24,717 bases of DNA from a virus (Duplodnaviria > Heunggongvirae > Uroviricota > Caudoviricetes): the IMG/VR virus record IMGVR_UViG_3300011560_000039; one strand, given 5' to 3'. The position numbers and the translations under genes are program-made. The first letter of the stretch is position 1. Every line of letters starts with the position of its first letter. This document shows positions 1 through 9,983 of the stretch, one piece after another. Below the pieces are notes generated by a model, which saw only the letters and a list, made by a program, of their open reading frames with translations, ran no database searches and was not told the DNA's origin.

Positions 1-1236
1 CTACGATAACCGCGCATTCAACATGGCTATCTGTTCGTCGTTCATGTCATCAATCCACATACCGTAAATTTCATACACCATCTGCGCAGTTTCATGCCCC
101 ATTTGGCTGGCTATAAATGCCGGGTTCGCTCCTGCCGTCAACAGCCAGCAGGCAAAAGTATGCCGCGTATGGTACGGATTACGGCGGCGAATACCAGCAC
201 GTTTTACTGCTGCATTCCACCTTGCCCCCAAACTGCTTACCGAGTAATAAGGTTTTTGTTTTCCGTTACACACCCTGGGCATGAAAACAAAATGCAGTTT
301 TTGCTTTTCGGTTCTGCCGTACTCCCGATGATAAAAGGTGATTTCGCTTTTGCGATGATGCCCGGTCAGTTTGTATTGCTCCTTCAGTGCTTCAAGAGCA
401 GGCTGCAGTAGTGTTACTGTTCGGATCCCGGCATTTGTTTTTGGGGGACCGAACATATCAAGTATCGTCAGGTTTCTTCTGACATTCACTATTCCCTTTT
501 CGAGATCCACATCCTCCCACGCCAGAGCTGCCAGTTCCCCGTGACGAAGTCCTGAGTAAACGGCAAATTTCCACAAGTTCTGGCTCTGTCCTTTTTCACT
601 TTCCATTAATGCATTGAATTCTGTTTTAGATAACGGATCAGGCTTTATTCTGTTTCGCTGTAATTTTTTTACTCCTTCAAATGGTTTGGTTGATATAAAT
701 CCCGACTGATACGCAAAACGCAACAGCGAACAGAGCAGGGCGATATAGTTATCAACTGTGCGCACGGTTCTTCCTTTTTTGTTGGATCTTGGATTATCCA
801 GGTAAAGCGTTTCTCCATGCAGCAGTTCATTCCGGTAGTTTAAGATATCGCTATAACGAATATGTGATATCGGGGTACTTTCACAAATTATTATTCTGAG
901 TGTTTTTAATTGTGATTTCGTTTTCTTCATTGTGTTTGTTGTTAACTCTGTCTCTTTAATTTTTGTCCAGATATCACAAAGCTCTCCGAACGTTTTTATG
1001 ACTCTCGTTGTCACCATTTTTGCCCCAGTGCTGGACTGGGGAAAACGTCTTAAATACTCAAATTCACCGGAGTTTATTTCATGAACTATCAGCGCTCTTA
1101 AATTTCCGGCCTTTTTAATATTACTGTTTGTAATCTCCCAGCCTTTTAATGTTTCCCGACATCGTTTTCCTCGAAACATGAACCAGATGCGAATGTATCT
1201 ACCTCTAATCTCGACACCTGTTGGTAATTTAGACAT
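1..1236 (-). CDS. intR: Tyrosine-type phage integrase (Rac-type), complete 411 aa; stop codon at 1-3
   Basis: Full-length ORF, ATG at 1236; protein recalled as the Rac prophage integrase; position at the prophage left end next to xis. Confidence 0.9.
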   Translation of the reverse strand: MSKLPTGVEIRGRYIRIWFMFRGKRCRETLKGWEITNSNIKKAGNLRALIVHEINSGEFEYLRRFPQSSTGAKMVTTRVIKTFGELCDIWTKIKETELTTNTMKKTKSQLKTLRIIICESTPISHIRYSDILNYRNELLHGETLYLDNPRSNKKGRTVRTVDNYIALLCSLLRFAYQSGFISTKPFEGVKKLQRNRIKPDPLSKTEFNALMESEKGQSQNLWKFAVYSGLRHGELAALAWEDVDLEKGIVNVRRNLTILDMFGPPKTNAGIRTVTLLQPALEALKEQYKLTGHHRKSEITFYHREYGRTEKQKLHFVFMPRVCNGKQKPYYSVSSLGARWNAAVKRAGIRRRNPYHTRHTFACWLLTAGANPAFIASQMGHETAQMVYEIYGMWIDDMNDEQIAMLNARLS

Positions 1237-1237
1237 A

Positions 1238-1453
1238 TCATGAGTCTTTGATAAACTGATTTATCTTTGGATAGTTGTACCAGATAATCCCTCGTTTGCT
1301 GTCTGGCTTACCTAAAGGAGATACTCGTTTGAAGTGGAAGCCCTCCACCCAACAGTTCTGGCGGTATGCTTCAATTTGTCTGGCCCCCAGACCAGTGCGA
1401 AGCATCAGGCCGTATTCAACCATCCACTCTTCATTAAAGATTACTTGTGCCAT
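1238..1453 (-). CDS. xisR: Excisionase-like protein (71 aa from first ATG; track ORF extends to a TTG at 1477)
   Basis: Small ORF immediately upstream of int on the same strand; sequence [15 protein letters not shown]... recalled as YdaQ/XisR; first ATG is at 1453. Confidence 0.75.
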   Translation of the reverse strand: MAQVIFNEEWMVEYGLMLRTGLGARQIEAYRQNCWVEGFHFKRVSPLGKPDSKRGIIWYNYPKINQFIKDS

Positions 1454-1531
1454 CGCATCACCTCTGGCAGGCGCCAATGTTAGACTGAAATTGACGCCCG
1501 ATGTTGATTATTAATAATCAGCTATGAAGTT

Positions 1532-1741
1532 TTAATTTGAATACAATGCAATTCTCGAGGACTGAAGTTTCTCGCAATTAAAATTTATCAGTTTTACTTT
1601 CTGCTCTCTGGAAACGCCTGCTTCTTTTTTACCTGAGAGCATTTTTTCGCATTCTGATTTCGTTAGTTTAGATTTTGAATATCTTGTCCAGTTAGTAGGA
1701 GTGCCACCTTCCTTTTCAATAGTGGCGGTAATTTTATACAT
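1532..1741 (-). CDS. ydaC: Small Rac-type protein YdaC (DUF1187), 69 aa
   Basis: ORF from MYKITATIEKEGG...; overlaps the ralR 3' end by 8 nt; synteny with the Rac early-left operon. Confidence 0.7.
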   Translation of the reverse strand: MYKITATIEKEGGTPTNWTRYSKSKLTKSECEKMLSGKKEAGVSREQKVKLINFNCEKLQSSRIALYSN

Positions 1742-1928
1742 GAACACCTCCATTATTATTTCCAGTGGTTCGTTTATTCCATCTTTCGAGTGCTTCTTTT
1801 TCACTTCCACCATAACCGGTTCGGGATTCGCATCCGTTACACTTCGCTCGGTAATATCCTGAAATGGCTTTCACCGTTACTGATGGACAACCACAAAATG
1901 GACATGGTTTAACATTGTCATATCTCAT
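1734..1928 (-). CDS. ralR: Restriction alleviation protein Lar/RalR, 64 aa
   Basis: MRYDNVKPCPFCGCPSV...CNGCESRTGYGG has the Cys-rich Lar signature; located just downstream of recT as in Rac. Confidence 0.8.
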   Translation of the reverse strand: MRYDNVKPCPFCGCPSVTVKAISGYYRAKCNGCESRTGYGGSEKEALERWNKRTTGNNNGGVHV

Positions 1929-1984
1929 AATTTTTCTCATAAAAAATATTTCAAGTTGGCGGTGCATTACACCGCCAGGCTGAA

Positions 1985-2794
1985 TTATTCCTTTGAATTA
2001 TCGATTACACTGTATTCCCCGGTTAATACAGAGGAATCTGCAGGATCGATTGTCAGTGGTTCCTTTTCATCCATTGATACTGCACGCTGGATCTCAATTG
2101 ATACGGGCAGATATTTGAACAGGCGACGAATAGCCGTTTTCTTTGCCATTTCTTCCCAGTGAGTTACCCACGGCCCGTTATTACCAGCTTTACTCAGGAT
2201 GCGCACCAGCTCAATCTGTTTGCGCGTCATAACTTCAAACTGAGTACCTCCGTCTTTCAGTCTTGCGACAGCATAGACGTGGGTAACCGGGGCATCTTCG
2301 TTTTCTCCCGGGCGGTGTATTAACTTTTCATCAAGGCCAAATTCGAAGCTAAACTCGTCACCTTCACGGACAACACGGGCTGACAGGCTGGCGATTTGAC
2401 CAGAACGGCGAGCCAGATCAATCATGCCGCGATAGCCAATGATTAGCTGAACGTTCTTTTTACCGCTCTTTTCGTTTTTATTACCAAAAGGCAGTAAATA
2501 TGCATGACCGAGGGCGCTACCTGGCTCAAGTCCGAGCTGTGAACACTGTACGATCGCACTGACAAAACTCATAGTGTCACAGTTTCCTAACGCCGGAACT
2601 TTACGAATTTCTGTGGTGGCGATACGGATCATACGTTCAGCCGTCATATGGCGTGGAAGAGCTGCTGCCAGTTGCTCTTTCATTGATGGCTGGTTAATAA
2701 AACTAATCACGTCGCTATTTTTAACTGCTGCTGGTGCACGGTTTCCCTGAGTTTTTTGCAGATCGGCTTTTGCGATTGGTGGTTGCTTAGTCAT
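1985..2794 (-). CDS. recT: Recombinase RecT (single-strand annealing protein), 269 aa
   Basis: [16 protein letters not shown]... recalled as RecT; start ATG at 2794 overlaps the recE stop (2787-2789), consistent with translational coupling. Confidence 0.9.
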   Translation of the reverse strand: MTKQPPIAKADLQKTQGNRAPAAVKNSDVISFINQPSMKEQLAAALPRHMTAERMIRIATTEIRKVPALGNCDTMSFVSAIVQCSQLGLEPGSALGHAYLLPFGNKNEKSGKKNVQLIIGYRGMIDLARRSGQIASLSARVVREGDEFSFEFGLDEKLIHRPGENEDAPVTHVYAVARLKDGGTQFEVMTRKQIELVRILSKAGNNGPWVTHWEEMAKKTAIRRLFKYLPVSIEIQRAVSMDEKEPLTIDPADSSVLTGEYSVIDNSKE

Positions 2795-5387
2795 TTGCAT
2801 ATTCCTTAGCCCAGCGGGGCAGTGATAATGTCTTAATAGCTGGCCATTCATCGGTATTCAGGCAGTCAGACAGGGTTCGCAGATTGCGGTGATATTCCTG
2901 TTGACCTGCCAGTTTTGCTTCTTCGCCCATCATGAAAATTTCAACCGGATAACGTCCGCATTCAATAGTTGTGCTGGCAACCAGAAAAACGAAAGTTGGC
3001 TGCACTCCAAACTGTGCTTCATAACCGTCACTGTAGAATGCATCCTGAACGTGATAGCGGTAGTCGTAATAAGCGGTTTTGAATCGTTGAATATCCGCCG
3101 TAGTTTTCACGTCCATGATCCAGTGAAATTCAGGGATAATTTTGTCCGGACGGCACCGACACAAAATTCCTGTTTCAGGATCTTCCCAGTAAATTGATGA
3201 TTCAGCGTGTCCGGCGCTTTCAACAAGCCATTGCCCCAGCGGCAAAGCCATAACGCTTTGATACATGAGTTCAATTTTCCGGCCTTCTTCCGCAGTGATA
3301 ACCGTTTTTCCTGTGCTTGCGCATTCCATCAGAAACGCTTTCTCTTCTTCTTTTCCGGCGTTTGTACGGCGGTTAAATTCAGGTGCTACGATAAAGCGGT
3401 TACTGAATTCTTCCGGTTCAAGTACCCGGCAGTGGAAAGCAGTTCCTAAATCGAGCGTTTTTGTCTTTGTGGTGTCCACGGGGGCATTTTTACGCCACAA
3501 ATATAGTGCCGGAGTATCAGCAATGTCATCGAGCTGAGACTTACTGATACCGGGACCCGCGTGGTAATTCTCATTCGAAATTCCGTAATAAATACCTGGC
3601 TCTATGTCTTCTACGATTACGGGATCTGCGACTTCGCCAGTTTCATCACTGCAATCGCGATGCGGATCGCTGCCAGCATTCTCATTGTGCGGATGTTCAG
3701 CGCCTTCCATTTCCTCCGGATCATTTTCCTTAGCTTCAACCTGACTCTCTTCATCGAATGTTTCCTGGTATGTTGCGTCGCCCATCACCGCACCACAGTC
3801 AGGGCAGTTATCCCCGCCAGTCTGGCCGCAGGCATTGCAGGCTATTTCCGGTTCCTGTTGCACTACTGGCTCAGGTTGATTCATATCCGGGCTGGTTTTT
3901 TCCGTTTCTGGCTGGTTCTGGTACACACAATCGCGAGTCTGGATCCCCTTTACCCATTTCGGATCGTTCGGGTCGCTAATTCCGTCAACAAATTCACCAC
4001 GTGATGCAGCAAGCAATTTATCGGCATCGACAGGATTTTTTGATGGAATGTTTTTCCGGGCTTCATGGAGTTCTGCCCGCAGTTCCTGATATTTCGCATC
4101 AACAGAATTTACCTGTGACTGAGCATCCAGCGGCTGCGTGTCCTGATGATGTTCAGTTGCGTCCTGTTCCATTGTTTCAGCCTCTCCCTGTTCAACTGCC
4201 GTTGTTCCAGATGGTTGCGGTTTTTCTTCATCATCCTGTTTTCCTTCTTCTGTTACTCGCTGCGGCATCGGGGCAGAGGAGCGACCGCAGGCAATATCCA
4301 CGATTTCCGGATCAGGGTTGGCATGATCGGTTTCAGTCAGTACTTTGTTCAGATATTCAGTGACGTGCGCGGGGATGACCTCGATCCCAATTGGTGCTTC
4401 TTTTACGGACGCAACCACGATGGCGCGGGAATAATCCAGCCCGCCAGGCATGGTGATGAATTTGTCGCGGAAAACAGAAAAGGGCGGTTTATTTTCAGCG
4501 ATAATTTCCTCAATGCGTTTAGCGTGTGCCGGATGAAGGTTATAGATGTCCAGATCCATTGAACGGGCCAGTACGCCAGTGGCTACGTCGCGCGCCAGTG
4601 ACGTCAGATCGTGTACGAAACCTTCGCCGCGATCGGTGAGGTTTCCGCCGCCAGCATTAGCACCGGAAGCCGTGCGAGTGATGTGTGAAACACGATTACC
4701 CTTCATCCACTCTTTTGTCAGCAGTCCTCGATCGGTGTAGTCAGCGTTCAGGTATGCTTCGAAAAAAGCAGTTATCAGTCCCAGGTTTGAATTACCAGGA
4801 TTAGGGAAAACTTTGTCAGTGTCACGAACCAGTTTGTGGAGTTCGCGAATTTCCAGCGGGTCGAGCAGGCTGGTTTTGTGGGAAACAGCCAGGGCAGTAA
4901 CAGCCGGTAGTTCTTCAGCCCGAGCAATGTGTAATGCCTGGAGTCCGTCGCGTGAAACGTGCGTTACCGGTTTTTCGCTGCCGTGTTGAGCAAGCCAACG
5001 AATGGGCAGTTCCTGGCCAGAAATTGGGAGTAGCATATTCTCCTCAATCTCAGTCATGTCTTCGCCGTTGACGTTGGTATTGCCTTGATAGTGAGCGTTG
5101 TCTGGTGCTGCTCCCGGTTTTAGTTCCCATGTCATGGAGTCTTTGCTGAGTTGATAGCGTTCACTCCAGGTAAAATCGATCTCACCTTCAGCGGGCAGGT
5201 CATTAACGACAGGAAAATTCGTGGCAACAGCTTTAAAATAGCTGCTCAGTTTTTTACCTGACTTAACGATCAGGTAGTCCAGAGTGGCACAGGTCGATTC
5301 AAAATCGTTGCTTGCCCACAGGACGACGTCAGGTTCACCGGATGATTTTTTCGCTTTCCGTAACAGGAAGAGTGGTTTTGTGCTCAT
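2787..5387 (-). CDS. recE: Exodeoxyribonuclease VIII (RecE), 866 aa
   Basis: 866-aa ORF with acidic linker regions; recalled as RecE; directly upstream of recT on the same strand. Confidence 0.9.
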   Translation of the reverse strand: MSTKPLFLLRKAKKSSGEPDVVLWASNDFESTCATLDYLIVKSGKKLSSYFKAVATNFPVVNDLPAEGEIDFTWSERYQLSKDSMTWELKPGAAPDNAHYQGNTNVNGEDMTEIEENMLLPISGQELPIRWLAQHGSEKPVTHVSRDGLQALHIARAEELPAVTALAVSHKTSLLDPLEIRELHKLVRDTDKVFPNPGNSNLGLITAFFEAYLNADYTDRGLLTKEWMKGNRVSHITRTASGANAGGGNLTDRGEGFVHDLTSLARDVATGVLARSMDLDIYNLHPAHAKRIEEIIAENKPPFSVFRDKFITMPGGLDYSRAIVVASVKEAPIGIEVIPAHVTEYLNKVLTETDHANPDPEIVDIACGRSSAPMPQRVTEEGKQDDEEKPQPSGTTAVEQGEAETMEQDATEHHQDTQPLDAQSQVNSVDAKYQELRAELHEARKNIPSKNPVDADKLLAASRGEFVDGISDPNDPKWVKGIQTRDCVYQNQPETEKTSPDMNQPEPVVQQEPEIACNACGQTGGDNCPDCGAVMGDATYQETFDEESQVEAKENDPEEMEGAEHPHNENAGSDPHRDCSDETGEVADPVIVEDIEPGIYYGISNENYHAGPGISKSQLDDIADTPALYLWRKNAPVDTTKTKTLDLGTAFHCRVLEPEEFSNRFIVAPEFNRRTNAGKEEEKAFLMECASTGKTVITAEEGRKIELMYQSVMALPLGQWLVESAGHAESSIYWEDPETGILCRCRPDKIIPEFHWIMDVKTTADIQRFKTAYYDYRYHVQDAFYSDGYEAQFGVQPTFVFLVASTTIECGRYPVEIFMMGEEAKLAGQQEYHRNLRTLSDCLNTDEWPAIKTLSLPRWAKEYAND

Positions 5388-5458
5388 TGTTTTTTAACCT
5401 CAACTCAGATTAAAATTCGTTTTGTTCAGTGAATGATCTTGCCGGATACACACTGTTC

Positions 5459-5483
5459 ATAGCCTGCGTCATACGCAGGCTAT
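5459..5483. other. Perfect hairpin (11-bp stem ATAGCCTGCGT / ACGCAGGCTAT, 3-nt loop) in the recE-racC intergenic region
   Basis: Inverted repeat read directly; on the + strand it is followed by TTTCTTTC; no U-run on the minus-strand transcript. Confidence 0.5.
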
Positions 5484-5488
5484 TTCTT

Positions 5489-5764
5489 TCAGATTTCACC
5501 TTTTAATTTCATTGCAATTAGAGTTGCCAGAAATTCGGCTTTTTTTTCTGTGGGCAGATTCTTTCCGATATGCACCAGGCACATTTTTTTGACACCTTCA
5601 TCAAGTGTTTTTACGTTGCCTGATGGACCATCGATATCAACCACAGTGAATGGGGTTTCTTTATTTTCTGTTTTAATTACGTAGCCAATGCGCTTTCCTT
5701 CCAGATTCACCTCGTGAACAATGTCATCGGTAGTTACAACAGTGGCTTCATAATTGGTAATCAT
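5489..5764 (-). CDS. racC: RacC protein, 91 aa
   Basis: MITNYEATVVTTDDIVHEVNLEGKR...; ATG at 5764 preceded by an AAGGAG Shine-Dalgarno; Rac synteny. Confidence 0.75.
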   Translation of the reverse strand: MITNYEATVVTTDDIVHEVNLEGKRIGYVIKTENKETPFTVVDIDGPSGNVKTLDEGVKKMCLVHIGKNLPTEKKAEFLATLIAMKLKGEI

Positions 5765-5838
5765 GTTTTTCTCCTTAATTAAGGTTGAGCGAATACCTGC
5801 CATTTCTGGCATAAATTCAGTTTCGAATAGTCAATTAA

Positions 5839-6009
5839 TTAAAGTTCATGTGCCATCTGGTCTTTTTCGGCACAAGCTTCACTGCAATATTTTCTCGGTT
5901 CGTCTTTTGATAAAATCCCGTGCATGAAGTGAAGCATTCTTTCAATAGCTTTGCTTTCTTCAACGTCTTTTTTGCAAAGGTGGTAAGCACATTTTATTTT
6001 CTTAGTCAT
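5839..6009 (-). CDS. ydaE: Small Cys-rich protein YdaE, 56 aa
   Basis: Hand-translated [56 protein letters not shown]; its ATG overlaps the kilR stop (ATGA); not in the ORF track because it is under 60 aa. Confidence 0.7.
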   Translation of the reverse strand: MTKKIKCAYHLCKKDVEESKAIERMLHFMHGILSKDEPRKYCSEACAEKDQMAHEL

Positions 6010-6230
6010 CACCATGACTCCGCCTTTACAGGTAAACCATCACGACCGAGGAAGACTTTAATCATGCGGTCAGTAATGCATGTTTTTGTGGTCAGGTTAC
6101 GAATATATAGTTTTCGCTTTTTAATATTGTTTGCCGAGGCAATATATGTCCGGCCTTCATGAAGAACATAATCGCCAGGAGTCACACACTGACGTGGTAT
6201 TTCATCAGTTCCGAAGTGATGTGCAATCAT
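6009..6230 (-). CDS. kilR: Kil-type host-killing / cell-division inhibitor protein KilR, 73 aa
   Basis: [32 protein letters not shown]...; ATG at 6230 has a GGAGA Shine-Dalgarno; the upstream ATG at 6242 lacks one. Confidence 0.75.
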   Translation of the reverse strand: MIAHHFGTDEIPRQCVTPGDYVLHEGRTYIASANNIKKRKLYIRNLTTKTCITDRMIKVFLGRDGLPVKAESW

Positions 6231-6671
6231 AATTATCTCCATTTTTACAAATGAACTTTGTTGATGCGGTGCCTGGTGCCTCCAGGTGACTGCAACCAGT
6301 TAACAATTACAGTCGGCTTTCCCACCCAAACCAATAAGGACTAACATGACTTTTAACTGTGCCACGTGCGCTTAGCCGCATTCACCGCATCACAAAATTC
6401 ACTTTAAAAAGGGCGGACATCAGCCGAACTTCAAGAAAAAAACTGATGCCGCCAGGACTACACACAGCAATGTCGTTATTTACAACCGGAGGCGCACTCC
6501 CACCATTTAAATTTAACAGACAAGACCGACTCTTTATGGATATCGGAAATGCGCCTTCGTGTTGTGCCCGGTTTTATTTCACCACCTCCGGGCTTCGGTG
6601 GTCTCGGCTATACCCCTACAGCGAGAGCTTGTGTTAACATTTCAATACCCTTACAGTTGAGAGTTATTGAT

Positions 6672-7160
6672 ATGTTGGATGTATTTACTCCATTGTTGAA
6701 ATTTTTTGCTAACGAGCCACTCGAAAGACTTATGTATACGATTATCATTTTTGGTCTCACTCTCTGGCTGATACCGAAAGAGTTTACTGTCGCATTCAAT
6801 GCTTATACTGAAATACCTTGGCTCTTTCAGATTATCGTTTTTGCCTTTTCTTTCGTGGTCGCCATTTCCTTCTCAAGATTGCGAGCGCATATTCAAAAGC
6901 ATTATTCATTACTACCAGAGCAACGAGTATTGCTTCGTTTATCTGAGAAAGAAATCGCTGTATTTAAAGATTTCCTTAAAACAGGAAATCTTATTATCAC
7001 TTCTCCTTGCCGTAACCCGGTTATGAAAAAATTAGAACGGAAGGGCATCATTCAACATCAGAGTGATAGCGCAAACTGTTCTTATTATCTCGTCACCGAA
7101 AAATACTCCCATTTTATGAAGTTATTCTGGAACAGCAGGAGTAAACGTTTTAATCGTTAG
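6672..7160 (+). CDS. sieB: Superinfection exclusion protein SieB, 162 aa
   Basis: MLDVFTPLLKFFANEPLERLMYTIIIFGLTLWLIP... with hydrophobic membrane segments; the 203-aa track ORF extends upstream with no ATG or RBS support. Confidence 0.8.
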   Translation: MLDVFTPLLKFFANEPLERLMYTIIIFGLTLWLIPKEFTVAFNAYTEIPWLFQIIVFAFSFVVAISFSRLRAHIQKHYSLLPEQRVLLRLSEKEIAVFKDFLKTGNLIITSPCRNPVMKKLERKGIIQHQSDSANCSYYLVTEKYSHFMKLFWNSRSKRFNR

Positions 7161-7312
7161 CTTACTGTGTGCTTCTCCAACCATCGGCGCGCACCAGTTT
7201 CGGTTTTAAATGTTTTGCTTTTGGTATACGTCATGGCAGTGAACGTTCCATCCTGGTTGGGGAACACGCCGCACACCAGGGATTCGTTGTTGCCGAGGTC
7301 GATTTTTTGCAT
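7157..7312 (-). CDS. ydaF: Small Rac protein YdaF (DUF1391), 51 aa
   Basis: Hand-translated MQKIDLGNNESLVCGVFPNQDGTFTAMTYTKSKTFKTETGARRWLEKHTVS; convergent with sieB with overlapping stops. Confidence 0.6.
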   Translation of the reverse strand: MQKIDLGNNESLVCGVFPNQDGTFTAMTYTKSKTFKTETGARRWLEKHTVS

Positions 7313-7322
7313 TTTGCGAATC

Positions 7323-7457
7323 TCACATCTTGTTGCTACGTATAGCGACTTCTGCCTGCCAGAGATCCCAGTCGTTGCTGCGTAAAGCCTGCACAGCCTG
7401 GTTGTAAGTGATACCGCAACAATCCATCAAATACTGAACTACTTCGTAATGCACCAT
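7323..7457 (-). CDS. ydaG: Small Rac protein YdaG, 44 aa
   Basis: Hand-translated MVHYEVVQYLMDCCGITYNQAVQALRSNDWDLWQAEVAIRSNKM; first gene of the leftward operon downstream of the OL-like operator block. Confidence 0.6.
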   Translation of the reverse strand: MVHYEVVQYLMDCCGITYNQAVQALRSNDWDLWQAEVAIRSNKM

Positions 7458-7635
7458 CTTATCTCTCCCCTTAACGCCGGGTGGCGGAACTAACTGCTGC
7501 ACTGCAAAATTTGAATCCCGCCGTCATGTTCATACGCCTCGGGCTGGCTACTTAACCCCTTACCACTGCCTGGTAACTCGAAGTATTGCCCGGCGTTCTG
7601 TGGGGCGGGGTGGGTGGTATGCTGGAACTATAGGT

Positions 7636-7692
7636 AATGCCTAATTGATTGTCAATAGGCTATGCCTAATGTTTTGAGCGTAACCTAATAGG
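7636..7692. promoter_or_regulatory. OL-like operator block: repeated GCCTAAT/ATTAGGC half-sites including a 24-bp copy (7648-7671) of the OR-side element in inverted orientation
   Basis: attgtcaataggctatgcctaatg is the reverse complement of cattaggca(c)agcctattgacaat at 8294-8317 with one mismatch; positioned to control the leftward ydaG-to-int operon. Confidence 0.6.
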
Positions 7693-7765
7693 TGATGGCG
7701 ACAGCAGAAAGTGATGGGGGGGTTAAATAACGGAATCCAGGAGTTTTCCGTCAGACCATATAAGT

Positions 7766-8242
7766 TTAAGTTCCAGTTTTTGTGATGTTCTGGCTTTTCC
7801 GTTCAGATTCAAGAGCTTTCAGATACTTACCCACTTTCATTTCCATCGCTGCTATGTAGGCGCGAACATCGTGGTCAACCCAATCTGGTTCTGTAGCATT
7901 TCCAGATAACAGGAAAGCTACAATCGCTCTTATTTCATCAGAGGCTGCTTGATAAAGGTTGTTTATATCTAAAAGTTCACTTTTTGTATCTGAATTGGTG
8001 GGGGTTGGTATGGGGTATTCGTTAAGCCCCCAATGCTCTGGACCAACAACATCAGAAAAGAAACGCCATAATTCTGGAAGTTTATCTTTACTTATAGAGC
8101 CTTTCTTAATCCAGTCATAAATTGATGGTGGTTGGACTTTAAAGTGGCGTGCGACCTCCGCCTTTGATTTGACGGATCCCGATGCGATTTTTTTGTTAAT
8201 GGCCTGCTCTATCGCTCGGCCTAAGTTTTTACCACTAAGCAT
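7766..8242 (-). CDS. racR: Prophage repressor RacR (cI-like), 158 aa
   Basis: N-terminal HTH (KAEVARHFKVQPPSIYDWIKKG); divergent from ydaS; flanked by operator repeats. Confidence 0.9.
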   Translation of the reverse strand: MLSGKNLGRAIEQAINKKIASGSVKSKAEVARHFKVQPPSIYDWIKKGSISKDKLPELWRFFSDVVGPEHWGLNEYPIPTPTNSDTKSELLDINNLYQAASDEIRAIVAFLLSGNATEPDWVDHDVRAYIAAMEMKVGKYLKALESERKSQNITKTGT

Positions 8243-8267
8243 TGCTTAATATTCTCCTATGCGCATT

Positions 8268-8338
8268 ACATTAGGCAATCCCTACCCTTACTGCATTAGG
8301 CACAGCCTATTGACAATTGCGTTAGGCGTCGCCTAATA
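8268..8338. promoter_or_regulatory. OR-like divergent promoter/operator region between racR and ydaS, with a perfect palindrome TTAGGCG-T-CGCCTAA (8322-8336) and ATTAGGC repeats
   Basis: Palindrome and repeats read directly; lies between divergent repressor and cro-like genes. Confidence 0.65.
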
Positions 8339-8365
8339 TTTCTGTGTGTTTTTGGAGTTCATTCG

Positions 8366-8662
8366 ATGAAAAAAGAGAACTATTCATTCAAGCAAGCTTG
8401 TGCTGTTGTCGGTGGGCAATCAGCAATGGCTAGGCTTTTAGGTGTATCACCTCCAAGCGTAAATCAATGGATCAAAGGGGTACGTCAATTGCCTGCCGAG
8501 AGATGTCCAGCAATTGAACGTGCAACAAGAGGTGAGGTTCTGTGCGAAGAACTTCGTCCTGATATTGACTGGTCATATTTACGACGTTCGGCATGTTGTT
8601 CGCAGAATATGTCAGTGAAGCAACTAAATGACAGTAACAAATCCTCATTTGATCATACCTGA
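8366..8662 (+). CDS. ydaS: Cro-like HTH regulator YdaS, 98 aa
   Basis: HTH QSAMARLLGVSPPSVNQWIKG; first gene of the rightward operon; GGAG Shine-Dalgarno. Confidence 0.85.
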   Translation: MKKENYSFKQACAVVGGQSAMARLLGVSPPSVNQWIKGVRQLPAERCPAIERATRGEVLCEELRPDIDWSYLRRSACCSQNMSVKQLNDSNKSSFDHT

Positions 8663-8684
8663 AACATCAAGAGGCAAATGATTC

Positions 8685-9107
8685 ATGAAAATCAAGCATG
8701 AGCACATCGAATCAGTGTTGTTTGCCCTAGCAGCCGAAAAAGGGCAGGCATGGGTAGCCAATGCAATTACTGAAGAATATCTGCGCCAGGGGGGCGGCGA
8801 ATTGCCCCTGGTTCCAGGCAAGGACTGGAACAATCAGCAGAATATCTATCACCGTTGGTTGAAAGGTGAAACGAAAACGCAAAGAGAAAAAATTCAGAAG
8901 CTGATCCCAGCAATTCTGGCAATCCTTCCGCGCGAGCTGCGTCACCGACTCTGCATCTTCGATACCCTGGAACGCCGTGCATTACTGGCGGCGCAGGAAG
9001 CGTTAAGTACGGCAATTGATGCGCATGATGATGCAGTCCAAGCCGTTTACCGGAAAGCGCATTTCAGCGGCGGCGGTTCTTCCGACGATTCTGTCATTGT
9101 TCATTAA
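8685..9107 (+). CDS. ydaT: YdaT (cII-position protein; reported toxic when derepressed), 140 aa
   Basis: Sequence and synteny with the Rac ydaS-ydaT pair. Confidence 0.85.
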   Translation: MKIKHEHIESVLFALAAEKGQAWVANAITEEYLRQGGGELPLVPGKDWNNQQNIYHRWLKGETKTQREKIQKLIPAILAILPRELRHRLCIFDTLERRALLAAQEALSTAIDAHDDAVQAVYRKAHFSGGGSSDDSVIVH

Positions 9108-9119
9108 GCAAAAGTTTCC

Positions 9120-9977
9120 ATGCTGTTTGTGCTTATTCTAAGCCACCGGGCAGCATCATACGGGGCAATTATGGCCGCATTACCATACATGCAACTGTAC
9201 ATAGCTGATTACCTGGCTGACACCATGCATTTGTCAGCAGAGGAGCATGGTGCGTATTTGTTGCTGATGTTCAATTACTGGCAAACAGGAAAGCCAATAC
9301 CTAAAAACAGGCTGGCAAAAATTGCCCGTCTGACTAACGAGCGATGGGCTGATGTTGAACCATCCTTGCAGGAGTTTTTTTGCGATAACGGCGAGGAATG
9401 GGTGCATCTTCGGATTGAGGAAGATCTGGCATCAGTCAGGGAAAAATTAACCAAAAAATCAGCCGCAGGAAAAGCATCTGTTCAGGCCAGAAGAAGCAGA
9501 AAGGAAGCAGATGTTCAAACAAAACAAGAGAGAAATTTAACAGGTGTTCAAACAGATGTTGAAGTGGTGTTTGAACATGATGTCAACACAAAGGCAACTA
9601 ATAAAGATACAGATAAAGATCTAAAAACAGATCCCCCCCTAAATCCCCCCCGGGGGAATCGAGGTGTCAAAAAGTTTGACCCTCTGGATATTACTTTGCC
9701 GAACTGGATTTCTGTCTCGCTTTGGCGTGAGTGGGTTGAATTTCGCCAGGCATTGCGAAAACCGATTCGAACGGAGCAGGGCGCTAACGGGGCGATACGG
9801 GAGCTGGAAAAATTCCGCCAGCAGGGTTTTTCACCTGAGCAGGTGATTCGACACAGCATCGCCAATGAATACCAGGGCTTGTTCGCGCCGAAAGGTGTTC
9901 GACCTGAGACGTTACTCCGACAGGTTAACACCGTCTCGTTACCGGATAGTGCGATCCCGCCAGGCTTCAGGGGGTAA
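9120..9977 (+). CDS. ydaU: Replication initiation-like protein YdaU (lambda O position, DUF1376), 285 aa
   Basis: Synteny upstream of the DnaC-like ydaV; the central linker contains C7 tracts. Confidence 0.8.
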   Translation: MLFVLILSHRAASYGAIMAALPYMQLYIADYLADTMHLSAEEHGAYLLLMFNYWQTGKPIPKNRLAKIARLTNERWADVEPSLQEFFCDNGEEWVHLRIEEDLASVREKLTKKSAAGKASVQARRSRKEADVQTKQERNLTGVQTDVEVVFEHDVNTKATNKDTDKDLKTDPPLNPPRGNRGVKKFDPLDITLPNWISVSLWREWVEFRQALRKPIRTEQGANGAIRELEKFRQQGFSPEQVIRHSIANEYQGLFAPKGVRPETLLRQVNTVSLPDSAIPPGFRG

Positions 9978-9983
9978 CTGACC

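Noticed and set aside
2889-4740. Several + strand ORFs of 64-147 aa inside recE (for example 3561-4004 and 4146-4562)
   Set aside because: They lie antisense within a well-supported 866-aa gene, have no RBS and give low-complexity translations; these are shadow ORFs.
6549-6671. Upstream extension of sieB to a 203-aa ORF
   Set aside because: The extension has no ATG or RBS and begins in the kilR-sieB intergenic region; the 162-aa form from ATG 6672 matches the recalled SieB.
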